Sequence record: SRR20825006_1005 | Length of the DNA stretch: 64,000 nt | Reading direction: 5' to 3' (one strand) | In this document: positions 53,367 through 63,334 of the stretch, piece by piece | Position numbering within the stretch: position 1 is the first letter of the stretch | Layout of the letters: each line of letters starts with the position of its first letter | Program-made: the position numbers and the translations under genes | The notes under the pieces: generated by a model | Seen by the model: the letters and a program-made list of their open reading frames with translations, nothing else | What the model was told of the DNA's origin: nothing | The model's database searches: none

Positions 53367-54889
53367 TGCCTTCCGAATCGGTCCAGACACATATGACCTC
53401 ATCAGATGATTCGAAGCTGCCGTCGAGTTTGCTAGCGAGATTGTTGGCCCCGCGAAACTTGGCGGTGTTTGTCTTTCTCGTCTTGCCGCTATCACTGATT
53501 TTTCTGGTGCTAATTTGGTGGTTCGCTCGCCAGAACATCGCGGCTCAGGAACTGGCCGACCGCAAAAATGATTTGCTGGCCAGCGGTTTGCCAATCGATG
53601 CGGAGTCGTTGCTGGACTACCGCAGGGAACGGATTGATTCATCGCGTAGCCGGGAATGGCAACTCATCCTCGATGAGATCGAATCGGACGCGTTCCAGGA
53701 GTCCGGGGAAGACGTTCCGATCATTGGCCTGGCTTGCGAAGTAGAACCGGAGGAATACGTCTACGGGCAACCCTATTCGAACCATCTGGTCGCAAGGAAC
53801 TACCTGAGTGAATGGTCGGGGCTGCTGCAGCGAATTCATTTGATCACTGAACGCAGTCGTGGCGTGTGGACGCCGATGACAACCTATGATCTTTTTCCCC
53901 GTATTGGACCGACGAGAGATGTCTCTCGATTGCTGCGTTTGGAGTTTGATGACGCACTTCGGCGTGATGACTTCGATCATGCGAACCACTGTGTGTTGGC
54001 CCTGATCGGAAATTCACGGGCGTTGGAAGAGGAGCCGATGGCGGTTTCGCAGTTGGTCAGTGTGGCAATACTCGAGTTCGCTCTTGATGCCATCAAAACC
54101 GCATTGCAAATCGATTGCTTTGACGATGAACAGTGGCGAGCGGTGTTGGAGCAACTCGAGGGACTTGAAGAGATTGAACCTCGCTACCGACGATTTCTGA
54201 TTGGCGAACGAGCTTGGGTGCTACCGTTGTTTCAGGATCCGACCTCAATGGAAGAACTGGGGGGAGAAGCCATTGAATATCAATTACCGGGCGGGCACTC
54301 CATCGATGCCTTGGAGACACTGGCTATGTACGACCGGTTGGAGCTTGTTCCCACCGATGATTTGACCACCTTTTTCGAGGAGATCGAAAGTCTGGAAACT
54401 TCGGTGCAAGCTTCTTTTCAATCCAGGAATTGGTTGCGGAAACTGGACACTCAAGTCACCGAGATGGCAATGCCGAGTTTGGTTTCGATGAATCAAGCCT
54501 TTGTCCGATCCGCCATGCATGTGCGTTTGGCCAAAACAGCCATCTTGGCTCGATTGTTTCAGCACCGAGAAGGGCGTTGGCCGAGCACCATCCAAGAGAT
54601 CCACGACGCTGCCCCAGGTTTGCTGAACTCCGGCGATGAGAACGGAAATCTCACGATCGGAAGTCTCGCACCCATGGGAGATCGACCCTTCGGTCTGAAG
54701 GTCGATCAAGACGAATTGGTGCTCTGGGGATTCGAACCCGACTCGGTAACTGCGGCGACTCCTGTCGATCCTCCCACCGAACAAGACTTCATCGATGCAG
54801 ACGCGGAGTATGCGCCGATGCTGGCAGACTCCTACCTGCAGCGTTGGCTTTGGAATCTTCCAACAGACGGTCTCGCGAAATCAGATTGA
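53366..54889 (+). CDS. Hypothetical single-TM anchored helical protein
   Basis: TGATG coupling with namZ stop; one N-terminal TM; acidic helical body. Confidence 0.7.
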   Translation: MPSESVQTHMTSSDDSKLPSSLLARLLAPRNLAVFVFLVLPLSLIFLVLIWWFARQNIAAQELADRKNDLLASGLPIDAESLLDYRRERIDSSRSREWQLILDEIESDAFQESGEDVPIIGLACEVEPEEYVYGQPYSNHLVARNYLSEWSGLLQRIHLITERSRGVWTPMTTYDLFPRIGPTRDVSRLLRLEFDDALRRDDFDHANHCVLALIGNSRALEEEPMAVSQLVSVAILEFALDAIKTALQIDCFDDEQWRAVLEQLEGLEEIEPRYRRFLIGERAWVLPLFQDPTSMEELGGEAIEYQLPGGHSIDALETLAMYDRLELVPTDDLTTFFEEIESLETSVQASFQSRNWLRKLDTQVTEMAMPSLVSMNQAFVRSAMHVRLAKTAILARLFQHREGRWPSTIQEIHDAAPGLLNSGDENGNLTIGSLAPMGDRPFGLKVDQDELVLWGFEPDSVTAATPVDPPTEQDFIDADAEYAPMLADSYLQRWLWNLPTDGLAKSD

Positions 54890-54951
54890 TCTGAGTTCCG
54901 TCTTGTTGTGAGTTTTGACAACCGACCCTCAACGGAAATGGTGGAGTGGAT

Positions 54952-56445
54952 TCACTCATCCGTTGCAGATGCTTCCATGGCCATCTCCGCTTCGGTTTCG
55001 TTGTTTGGGCGAATCGCTTCGAAGTACTTGCGGACGGTTTCTCGGTGTCCCATTGGAAGCGGTTCGGAGTTCAGTACCGCCTCGGCTTCCCGTTTGAACT
55101 TGTTGTACTTGGCCTGGTACTGCCGGATGGCTTGTTGTTCGCCCTCGGGGGCTTGCAAGATCTCCGTTTCGCTTGGGCCCTCAGACTGTTGGCCGGTTAG
55201 CATTTCCTCGTTTCGAACGCTGTCAATTTTAGTGGCTTGATCGCCCAGCGGTTGACCACTGACACCTCGGCCCGCATTTTGGCTCGGCGAGTCGGACTTT
55301 GCGACACTGTCGGATTGGCACTGACCGCGACACTCGCTTTTGCATTGTGAGAGTCGGTTGAGTTGGCACGACATGCAGTTGCCAATCTTCTTGCGTTGTC
55401 CTTGCTGTTTGCATTCCGACGCGAGTTTCGAAAGGCACTTCTTGCATTGACTCATGTTTTTTGAGTCCAAGCCTTCGGCAAGCTCGCTGATTGAATTACT
55501 GAGTTGTCCCTGCTGTGCGGGTTTGAGTTTTGACAACATCTTTTTCAGGTTGTCTGCGACGGCGCGGCGTTGCTTGTCGCCCATTTGAAATGGATCCACC
55601 GCTTCAAGCTGTTCGCTTGCTTCGTCGTATTGTTCGGCTTCAAGTGCCTTGGCGGCTTGGTTCATCGCGTCCGATGGTTTCATGGCCGCGGCGAGCGCCT
55701 TCAACATCGTGTCAGTCATTTCCAATTTCAGCGACTCGCGGGCTTCTGCCAGCGATTGCTCCATTTCGGAAAGTGTCGCTAGCAAGTCCGCTTCATCCAA
55801 GGCATCGGATTCCATCTCATCCAGTTTCTCACTGAGTTCTTCGATGAGAGCTTCGAGTTCAGGATCCTCTTGTTCCTCCGCCATCTCTTCCAAATCCTCG
55901 AGCATCGTTTCACGAAGGTCGACGGATTGCTGCTGAGCCAATGGCAAGATTGGTTTGGCTTCCAAAGTGGGAACATTGCGATTGCCGATGATCAACAGCA
56001 ACGTCGTTGCGATCACCAAGCCTGTGATCCATCGTGCGTGTCGCGGTGCGGTGATTGGGACGCACTCGACTGGATTGACTCGATGTAGTTGTTGGTCCGC
56101 CTCGGCCAATTGCAACTCTCGCACGGGATCCGAATGAAGATTCCGTTCGCGGTCGAACTGCAACGAAGTGATCGAACGATCTTTCAGTCCGTAGTGTTGG
56201 TCGATCAGTCGCGCGGCCGATTGTTCATTGAATCGTCCCAGCATTCCGATCATCCACCCGACCACGCCGCCGGCGATAACGATCGATAGTGGCCATCCCC
56301 AATGCATCGTGGGGAAAAATGCGGTGCGAGCGATTGCGACCCAGAGTGCAAGAATCGCTCCGATCAACAGACCGGTTGAGACGCCGCGAATCATCGAAGC
56401 AAGCCACAGACGTCGTTGAACTGGTCGAAGAATTTCGTGCAGCAT
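54952..56445 (-). CDS. Membrane-anchored coiled-coil protein of the MoxR/vWA operon
   Basis: Three TM segments, AARLID...LKDR.ITSL, E/Q-rich coil, C-terminal PMGHRETVRKYF. Confidence 0.72.
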   Translation of the reverse strand: MLHEILRPVQRRLWLASMIRGVSTGLLIGAILALWVAIARTAFFPTMHWGWPLSIVIAGGVVGWMIGMLGRFNEQSAARLIDQHYGLKDRSITSLQFDRERNLHSDPVRELQLAEADQQLHRVNPVECVPITAPRHARWITGLVIATTLLLIIGNRNVPTLEAKPILPLAQQQSVDLRETMLEDLEEMAEEQEDPELEALIEELSEKLDEMESDALDEADLLATLSEMEQSLAEARESLKLEMTDTMLKALAAAMKPSDAMNQAAKALEAEQYDEASEQLEAVDPFQMGDKQRRAVADNLKKMLSKLKPAQQGQLSNSISELAEGLDSKNMSQCKKCLSKLASECKQQGQRKKIGNCMSCQLNRLSQCKSECRGQCQSDSVAKSDSPSQNAGRGVSGQPLGDQATKIDSVRNEEMLTGQQSEGPSETEILQAPEGEQQAIRQYQAKYNKFKREAEAVLNSEPLPMGHRETVRKYFEAIRPNNETEAEMAMEASATDE

Positions 56446-56658
56446 CGTTGGTCTCACTAGCAGAAGTGGCTGAAAGTGGAATGACTCGGGCGCAAAGCGA
56501 ATCGATGCCTTCGGCAATTCTTTCGCTCACCCGTCGCTATCGACCAGTCTAGGGGGTGGAGATGCCTACCACCAAGATAGAAAGCTGTATCAATTATAAG
56601 AAAATCTGGGCGGGTTCCGGCTGGTGATCTCGGATTCGGGATTGCTATCGAGCTGCTT

Positions 56659-59331
56659 TTAAAGCATTTCGACTCGGCGAAACGCCACGTCCGCGATGAA
56701 CAGAACCAAGCCAGCCATGAGTAGCCATGGCCAGATCGGGACAGGGTCACGTGCTGTGCGATCATCGTCTTCCGTGATGGAACTTGCCAGGGCGTCATAG
56801 CGTCCACCGCTTACGGACGCGATTTGACGAAGCAATTCGTCGCCACGTGGCAGCAAACGCAATTCGTCGGGGTAGCCAACCGCGATTCCTCGAGAGCTTC
56901 GTTGGCTGGTTCCGTCCATCCGGTTGGTGGCGATGTCAAAGTGGTATGCACCGCGACGAAGCGTTTCCACCGAGGCCTCGTAGCGACCCGGCGCGGTTTG
57001 CCGCATGGCAATTTTTTCATTCTTCAATCGAGGATCGATTACCGTCAATCGAGTTTCGGCCTCGTCGATGAATCGACCGTTGTCGTCGACCGCGTCCATG
57101 ACCACACGAGTTTGATTGCCGTTTCGTTCGACTTCCACAAACACGCCTCGATTGTCGTCCTTGCGCATCGCATGGCGGATGATTTGGGCCCAAAAGGTTC
57201 CAAAGTCTGGCCAGGTCATCCATTCGCCCGCCCAGCGATTTTTTGCGTCGCTGGTAAAAGCAACCGACATCCCCAAACCATATCGCCACCATACCAACAG
57301 CGGGTCGCCCGACTCGCTGGCCAGAATGAACTCGGCCGTGGGTTTGGGACGCGTCACGACGTAGCCGAGCAGCAGTGGCGACAGGTCCAGTTCGATCCCA
57401 TCGAGCACCGATGTGGGACGCACCAACTGTGGGACAAAAGGCAGTTCGTTGATCGCGGATTTGCTGGCTTCGACGGTTTCCTTCGCGAAGACTTGGGGAA
57501 CCGATTGAGGATCATCGCAAAAGTAGTAGCGACCTCCACCAATCTGAGCGAGTTCCTCCAGCAGGTCTTCGCTCGAACCCTGACCGAGTGCAACGGTAGA
57601 GAGCGTGATTCGCGATGCGGACATGTCGCCGGCAACACCTTGGAAGTCGCCCGGTGAAGAAACACCGTCCGTCATCAGGATCACGTGTTTCAGTTTGGCT
57701 GTTGCGCCAAGCAACGCTTCGTAGGCGTCGGCCATTGCGGGGTACATGTTTGTTCCACCGGACGCTTCGATTGTTGAAATGGCATCCGAGATCGCACCGC
57801 GATCGGAAGTCGAACGAAGCTCGGACACGGTGTAGGAGTCTCCATCAAAGGCGATCACTCCAATGGCGTCTTTGGGGCCAAGCAGTTCGACGGCGGCTTG
57901 GGCAGCATCTTTGGCAAGTTCAATTTTTTGGCCGCCCATCGAGCCGCTCTTGTCGATCACCAGCATCATTGCCAACGAAGGCTTTTCGCGTTCTTTTTCA
58001 AAGTTGCTGCGAACGGGCAAGATTTCTTCAATCTGAGTTCGGTAATAACCGCCCAGGCCAAAGGCTTGGTCGCCACCGAGCATGATCAGCCCGCCGCCTA
58101 AGTCTTGGACGTAGATCCCGATCAGATCCATCTGCCGCATCGACATCGAAGTTGCCGGAACGTTGGAAAGAATCAAGCATTCATAACTTTGCATTTCAGA
58201 CAAGTCGCTGGGGATGCCCTCCGGAGGACGAACGTCAACGTCGATGGATTGTTCATCCAATGCCCAACGCAAGGAGTCCGTTTCGTCGGGGTCGCTGTCG
58301 ATCAGCAGCACGCGAGGTTTGCCGCTGGCGTACACGATCGCCTGGGCTTCGTTGTTATCAAGCAGTGTGTCATCGCAATCTCGCAATCGCGCGGCAAAGG
58401 TTTCTTGTCGTTGCCCCAGCAAAGTCTGCTGAAACCGGAAGCGGTTTTCTCCCTTTTTGATCTTCACCGCCGGTGCGCCGACGTCGCCAATTTGAATGTC
58501 CCCGCGATACAGATCGACATGTCCTTCAGTGTCACGATTGCTGCTGACAACAACTTCGACGAAGAATGGTTCGCCCTGACGCACCTGCGTGGGAGCCTCC
58601 AACGCGGCCATCTGCACTTCCGGTTCGCTTCGTGTCGGAAGTGGCACTGTCCACACGGGAACACCAGCGTCTGTCGCAGCGGCAATTCCATCGCCATTTG
58701 TTTGATTGCCGTCGCTCATCAATACGATTCGTGGCACGCGCGACGGAGGAATCGAAGCCACGGCGGTTTGAATGGCGGCGGCCAAGTCCGTGCCCATTCG
58801 TTTCGCTTCATCGGCATCCAAGTCGGTCGGTGATGGGGTTGGCGCCGGCACTTCGTCTTCCCCGGGGTCAACTCCATCGAACGCAGAAACGTCCGCCGGT
58901 GTTTCTTCCGCAACTTCGACTGATGCTGGTTCGCTGTCTGTTTCCGCAGGAGGCTCTTGAAACGCCGTCCAGTTGGATTGCAGTTGCCGTGGAGTGCTAT
59001 CAAACGGCAAAAAACGCACCTCGGCATCGTCTTCTTTCGCCTGCTCGATGGCATCCTTTAAGTATTCGTCCGCGGTTTCGCGTGCGGCGTCGTCGATGCT
59101 CTCGCTTTGGTCGATTGCGAACACAATCATTTTTTGCGAGGTCGAACGAAGCACCACCGGTCCACAAACCACCATGATCAGCAGCGTTAGCACAATGCCT
59201 CGAACCAGCAGCGATACGAGTCGTTGACGCGGTGGGAAGTCGCTCAGCGTTCGAAGGTGAAACACCACCAGCCATAAGACGGCTGGGACCCAAAGCCAGG
59301 CCCATTGCGGTTGAGTCCATTGCAACATCAT
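56659..59331 (-). CDS. vWA-domain membrane protein with GATase-like middle domain
   Basis: MIDAS motifs DQSES..SDG and DKSGS..TDG; VQDLGGGLIMLGG; N- and C-terminal TM. Confidence 0.85.
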   Translation of the reverse strand: MMLQWTQPQWAWLWVPAVLWLVVFHLRTLSDFPPRQRLVSLLVRGIVLTLLIMVVCGPVVLRSTSQKMIVFAIDQSESIDDAARETADEYLKDAIEQAKEDDAEVRFLPFDSTPRQLQSNWTAFQEPPAETDSEPASVEVAEETPADVSAFDGVDPGEDEVPAPTPSPTDLDADEAKRMGTDLAAAIQTAVASIPPSRVPRIVLMSDGNQTNGDGIAAATDAGVPVWTVPLPTRSEPEVQMAALEAPTQVRQGEPFFVEVVVSSNRDTEGHVDLYRGDIQIGDVGAPAVKIKKGENRFRFQQTLLGQRQETFAARLRDCDDTLLDNNEAQAIVYASGKPRVLLIDSDPDETDSLRWALDEQSIDVDVRPPEGIPSDLSEMQSYECLILSNVPATSMSMRQMDLIGIYVQDLGGGLIMLGGDQAFGLGGYYRTQIEEILPVRSNFEKEREKPSLAMMLVIDKSGSMGGQKIELAKDAAQAAVELLGPKDAIGVIAFDGDSYTVSELRSTSDRGAISDAISTIEASGGTNMYPAMADAYEALLGATAKLKHVILMTDGVSSPGDFQGVAGDMSASRITLSTVALGQGSSEDLLEELAQIGGGRYYFCDDPQSVPQVFAKETVEASKSAINELPFVPQLVRPTSVLDGIELDLSPLLLGYVVTRPKPTAEFILASESGDPLLVWWRYGLGMSVAFTSDAKNRWAGEWMTWPDFGTFWAQIIRHAMRKDDNRGVFVEVERNGNQTRVVMDAVDDNGRFIDEAETRLTVIDPRLKNEKIAMRQTAPGRYEASVETLRRGAYHFDIATNRMDGTSQRSSRGIAVGYPDELRLLPRGDELLRQIASVSGGRYDALASSITEDDDRTARDPVPIWPWLLMAGLVLFIADVAFRRVEML

Positions 59332-61250
59332 GCCACCACCCTTCGATGGAACAATGCCCACTCACCGACCACCAATGCAATTGCCAACATGACCAAGTAG
59401 AACCACGCCGGAGCTCCGCCTCGCGAGACCAAGCTGGTTGGCTCCTTTGGCTGCTGGGCAACTCGTAGGTCACTTTCCTCGGCACTGCACAGATTGACCG
59501 CCAGCAACTCACCAGGAACATCTTCCGCTAACTTCCATTCTTCGGGAGTCTTGACGGGTTGCTGTTCGGGCTGTGGTGCTGAGTCGGTTTGGGGCAACGA
59601 CTCAGGTGAGAACAGGCCGTACACGCCGGCTTTCCCGATTGGGCTGATGGTGGCGTGATCACGCGTAACGGAAATGTTTCGGACATTTCCATCCGGCGAC
59701 ATCAACACAGCCGAGGCAACGTCGAAATCCCATGGCACCGTAGTCGCCAATCCCGTGTTCAAGGCGGGGTTCATGTCGCCTGTTTGCCGGAAGAACCAAT
59801 TCATGGCATTGGTCATCATGACAGGGAATGCGATCCGAAGCGGTAGATCGCTGTCATCCAGGTTGGCTGACAAAATCAAAATTCTGCCGGATTCACGTTC
59901 GACGGAAACCAAAACCCGCGAGGTGTCAGCTGTTTCAAGCAATGTGGTCGCCTGTCCCAGCGATTCGTCGACTTCGATATCACGCCCGCCGGCGAGCATC
60001 ACGTTTTGCAATTGAACGTGCCGCAACAAAGATGACTCCTTGTCCTGTTTTGCCACGATGGGGGTATCAATTTCGCTGCCAAGTTTCCAGGTTCCCGGTG
60101 GACCGTCATCCTGGGCGATGAACAGAGCGGGGCCGGAAGGAAGTTCCGTGGGAACCGCTCCGCTGTAGATCGTCAAACCATGCTCTGCGGTTTGCTCGGC
60201 GTCGTTGCCCACCGTCAACTTGATCAACGGGATCGATTCTAAAACGGTGCGAAGATAAAACGACACGTCATCTGCCCCAGTCACCAATGTCACTGGAACG
60301 AGCGGGCGTGCCGGAACGACTGCTCGGGCCACGTTGTCGACAGAGAGCCCATCGGTCGCGTCCAACGAAGCGGTCAAAACCCCGCCCTCGCGAGACGTTC
60401 CATCAATCGTTGTTTGCCAAACGCCATCGGCGTCCAGCTTGATTGGAACAACGTCGACCAATTCATCGCCAAGCGTAAGCTTTAGCCGTGTACTGGCTGG
60501 TTCGTCGGAGAAGTTGCGGACTTCGACCAACAATGCGTAACCAACGGGATCAACGCTCGAACGTCGAACTTGGAACGTGGTGATTGCCAGGTTGGTTTGA
60601 GAAGTGCCAACGGTCTCCCATGAAAGATCTTCGGCTGATTCGATGTCGTTTTGAACGCCAAGCGTTGTGTCGGTGATGACGACAATACGACGCCGGTCAT
60701 TTTTGTCTGCTAACCGTCTGGCCGCTTCGATGGCAGCGCCGATCTGCGTTGGTCCATCGGTTGGCTGGATCGAATGAATGGCTTCCTCGATCGCCGGTGC
60801 GAAATCAGACATGCCAACAACGACGCGTACCGTGGTGCCCGCGGTGACCAATGCCATTTGGTCGCCTTGGCGAAGACCGCGAGCGAGCGAAGCGGCGCGG
60901 TCAACGGCTAGTTGCAATCTTGTTTGGCCTGTTTCCGGTTCAACCGCTTGCATACTGGCCGAGTTGTCCACGACTAAAATCACTTCTTGACCAGAATCCG
61001 CCTGCCAACGCCAAAGTGGATCTGCCAGTGCGAACACCAATAGCGAAACAAATACAAGCTGCAGCAGAAGTGACAGCCAGCGACGGAGATTCTGCCAGAG
61101 GGATCGCTGGCGTTTCTCTTCGAAGATCTGTTCCCAAAACAGGAGCGTTGCGACAGGTCGGCGTCGCAAACGCGTTTTCAGGATGTAGAGAACGATGATT
61201 GGAAGTGCAATCCAAAGCCACACCAATCGTTCGGGAGACGCCAGCGACAT
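59328..61250 (-). CDS. BatA-like N-terminal double-TM vWA protein
   Basis: LPIIVLYILK.R, LADP, VDNSASM, ITD; C-terminal TM ending EW..F.RR. Confidence 0.85.
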   Translation of the reverse strand: MSLASPERLVWLWIALPIIVLYILKTRLRRRPVATLLFWEQIFEEKRQRSLWQNLRRWLSLLLQLVFVSLLVFALADPLWRWQADSGQEVILVVDNSASMQAVEPETGQTRLQLAVDRAASLARGLRQGDQMALVTAGTTVRVVVGMSDFAPAIEEAIHSIQPTDGPTQIGAAIEAARRLADKNDRRRIVVITDTTLGVQNDIESAEDLSWETVGTSQTNLAITTFQVRRSSVDPVGYALLVEVRNFSDEPASTRLKLTLGDELVDVVPIKLDADGVWQTTIDGTSREGGVLTASLDATDGLSVDNVARAVVPARPLVPVTLVTGADDVSFYLRTVLESIPLIKLTVGNDAEQTAEHGLTIYSGAVPTELPSGPALFIAQDDGPPGTWKLGSEIDTPIVAKQDKESSLLRHVQLQNVMLAGGRDIEVDESLGQATTLLETADTSRVLVSVERESGRILILSANLDDSDLPLRIAFPVMMTNAMNWFFRQTGDMNPALNTGLATTVPWDFDVASAVLMSPDGNVRNISVTRDHATISPIGKAGVYGLFSPESLPQTDSAPQPEQQPVKTPEEWKLAEDVPGELLAVNLCSAEESDLRVAQQPKEPTSLVSRGGAPAWFYLVMLAIALVVGEWALFHRRVVA

Positions 61251-61253
61251 GTG

Positions 61254-62156
61254 TTATCCCACCGCCGCAGTACGCATCATACGAAGCAATACAGCGTCGA
61301 AGGGAACCTCCGTCGTCGCTCGTGTATGACTCAGGCCATGGTTGCGACAATAGGTTTCGACGTCATTCAAAAATGCTTGGAAAAGCTTTTTGTACTGCCG
61401 TAGCTTGCGTTCGGTTACCGTCACCTTTTTTTGCAGACCGCTCTCACAGTCCACCAATTCCATGTCTCCCAGAAAACTGGGTGACGCTTCACTGGGCGTG
61501 TGGATCTGAATCACATGCGGTTCAAAGCGGGCGTAACGGAGTCGATCAATGCCGTCGCGGAAACCCTTTTGGTCATACAGGTCGCTGACAACAATCGCCA
61601 GTCCCGTTCGTGGTGCTCGGTCCACAAAATCACCAACAACCGTTTGCAAGTCCGTGCGTTCGCCGCCGCACTCAAGTTGCTCAAGAAAACGCAGCAAACT
61701 GAGGACTTGGTTTTTGCCTCGGATCAATGGCATGGTCGCACGTACACGGTCGTCGTAAGCCAAGATCGAAACGCGATCGAGATCTGCCAGAGCGATATAG
61801 GACAACGCCGCGACGATCTGCTGGGCCAGTAGGAATTTTGTTCCTGTGGCCTCACCATGACGGTTATCTGAATCAGCCACGTTCATGCTGGCGGATGTAT
61901 CGAGCAGCATATACACGTGAAGGTCTTCCTCTTCCTGGAATCGTTTTAGCAGCAAATCGCCGTGCCTCGCGTAAACGTTCCAGTCCAAGTAACGCAGGTC
62001 ATCTCCGCTGATGTATTCGCGGTGGTCGGCAAATTCGATTCCGCCGCCGGTTTGCATCGTTCGTCGCTGGGCCAATAGTTGCCCCTTGAACATCCGCTTT
62101 GATAAGAGCGAAAGGTATTCCAGTCGCTTCAGAAAGTCCGAGTCAAAGACGGTCAT
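61254..62156 (-). CDS. DUF58 family protein
   Basis: GIEFADHREY.SGDDLRYLDW, LDTSASM, VVSD. Confidence 0.93.
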   Translation of the reverse strand: MTVFDSDFLKRLEYLSLLSKRMFKGQLLAQRRTMQTGGGIEFADHREYISGDDLRYLDWNVYARHGDLLLKRFQEEEDLHVYMLLDTSASMNVADSDNRHGEATGTKFLLAQQIVAALSYIALADLDRVSILAYDDRVRATMPLIRGKNQVLSLLRFLEQLECGGERTDLQTVVGDFVDRAPRTGLAIVVSDLYDQKGFRDGIDRLRYARFEPHVIQIHTPSEASPSFLGDMELVDCESGLQKKVTVTERKLRQYKKLFQAFLNDVETYCRNHGLSHTRATTEVPFDAVLLRMMRTAAVG

Positions 62157-63166
62157 GCCACAACCACTTCGCTGTGAACGTTTTCGATCAGGTCGTCAAC
62201 GATCGCATCGATGGTGATTCCATCCGCTTGGCCCTCAAAGTTCAGCATGACCCGGTGCCGAAGCGTTGCATGGGCCATTTCGCGAATGTCTTCTTTGGCA
62301 ACATGAAAGCGACCGTCCAAAACGGCCCGGATTTTTGCACACAAAATCAATGCTTGTGCTCCCCTTGGACTGCTGCCATACCGGACAAATTTTTGCACCA
62401 TCGGGGTCGCCGCTTCGTGAGATGGATGGGTGCCCATGATCATCAAAATCGCATAACGCCGAACTTCATCGGCAATCGGGATTTGCCTCGACAGGCGGCG
62501 AAGCTCGATCACGCGATCGGAAGACATGATTTTTTGAGGTGGCGGAATCTCTCCTGCTGTGGTGCGGTCCATGATCGTTTCCATTTCCTCGGTCGTCGGA
62601 AATGGTACGACCAATTTCATGAGGAAACGATCCAGTTGGGCTTCGGGCAGAGGGTAGGTTCCTTCCATTTCCAGCGGGTTTTGCGTGGCCAACACAAAAA
62701 ATAGCCCGTCAAGTTGATGTGAAGTTCCTGCAACCGTGACACTGTGTTCCTGCATTGCTTCTAGCAAGGCGGATTGTGTCTTTGGCGTCGCGCGGTTGAT
62801 TTCATCAGCCAGCACCACATTGGCAAAGACCGGGCCGCGTTGAAATTGAAATTCTTTATGGCCGTTTTGTGTTTCGACCAAAATGTTGGTGCCAATTAGG
62901 TCGGCCGGCATGAGGTCGGGAGTGAACTGGATACGACCAAAAGAGGCATCTAAAACGTCTGAAAGCGTTCGGACCAAGAGGGTTTTTCCTAAGCCGGGCA
63001 CACCTTCGAGCAAGACATGGCCGCCGGCAATCAAAGATGTCAGCACCCCGTCAACGATTGGTTGTTGACCGACGATGCGTTTGGATACTTCTTCGCGAAG
63101 TCGACCAAAATCCCCACGGAATTGTTCGAGTCGGTCACGCAACTCATTGTCAATCGATTCACTCAT
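62153..63166 (-). CDS. moxR: MoxR family AAA+ ATPase
   Basis: GVPGLGKT, RIQFTPDLMPAD, ADEINRA, ATQNP.E.EGTYPLPEAQLDRF. Confidence 0.96.
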   Translation of the reverse strand: MSESIDNELRDRLEQFRGDFGRLREEVSKRIVGQQPIVDGVLTSLIAGGHVLLEGVPGLGKTLLVRTLSDVLDASFGRIQFTPDLMPADLIGTNILVETQNGHKEFQFQRGPVFANVVLADEINRATPKTQSALLEAMQEHSVTVAGTSHQLDGLFFVLATQNPLEMEGTYPLPEAQLDRFLMKLVVPFPTTEEMETIMDRTTAGEIPPPQKIMSSDRVIELRRLSRQIPIADEVRRYAILMIMGTHPSHEAATPMVQKFVRYGSSPRGAQALILCAKIRAVLDGRFHVAKEDIREMAHATLRHRVMLNFEGQADGITIDAIVDDLIENVHSEVVVA

Positions 63167-63334
63167 GTTGTTCCTAATGGTTCGCCATCGCAGCAATCGT
63201 TTGGAAGGTCAGAAGCAGAATACCAGAAAATGTGAGGTGGGGGGTGTCAAGAATTGCATCGCGCGGCGCTGAGCTCTACAGTGAGGATTCATTTGATTGC
63301 TTGGTTCGACTTCCGCTTTGACGTCGAGGTTGCC

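Noticed and set aside
56446-56658. AT-rich gap inside the MoxR operon as an insertion or ncRNA
   Set aside because: No repeats or clear structure; at most a weak internal promoter (TTGATA with a poor -10)
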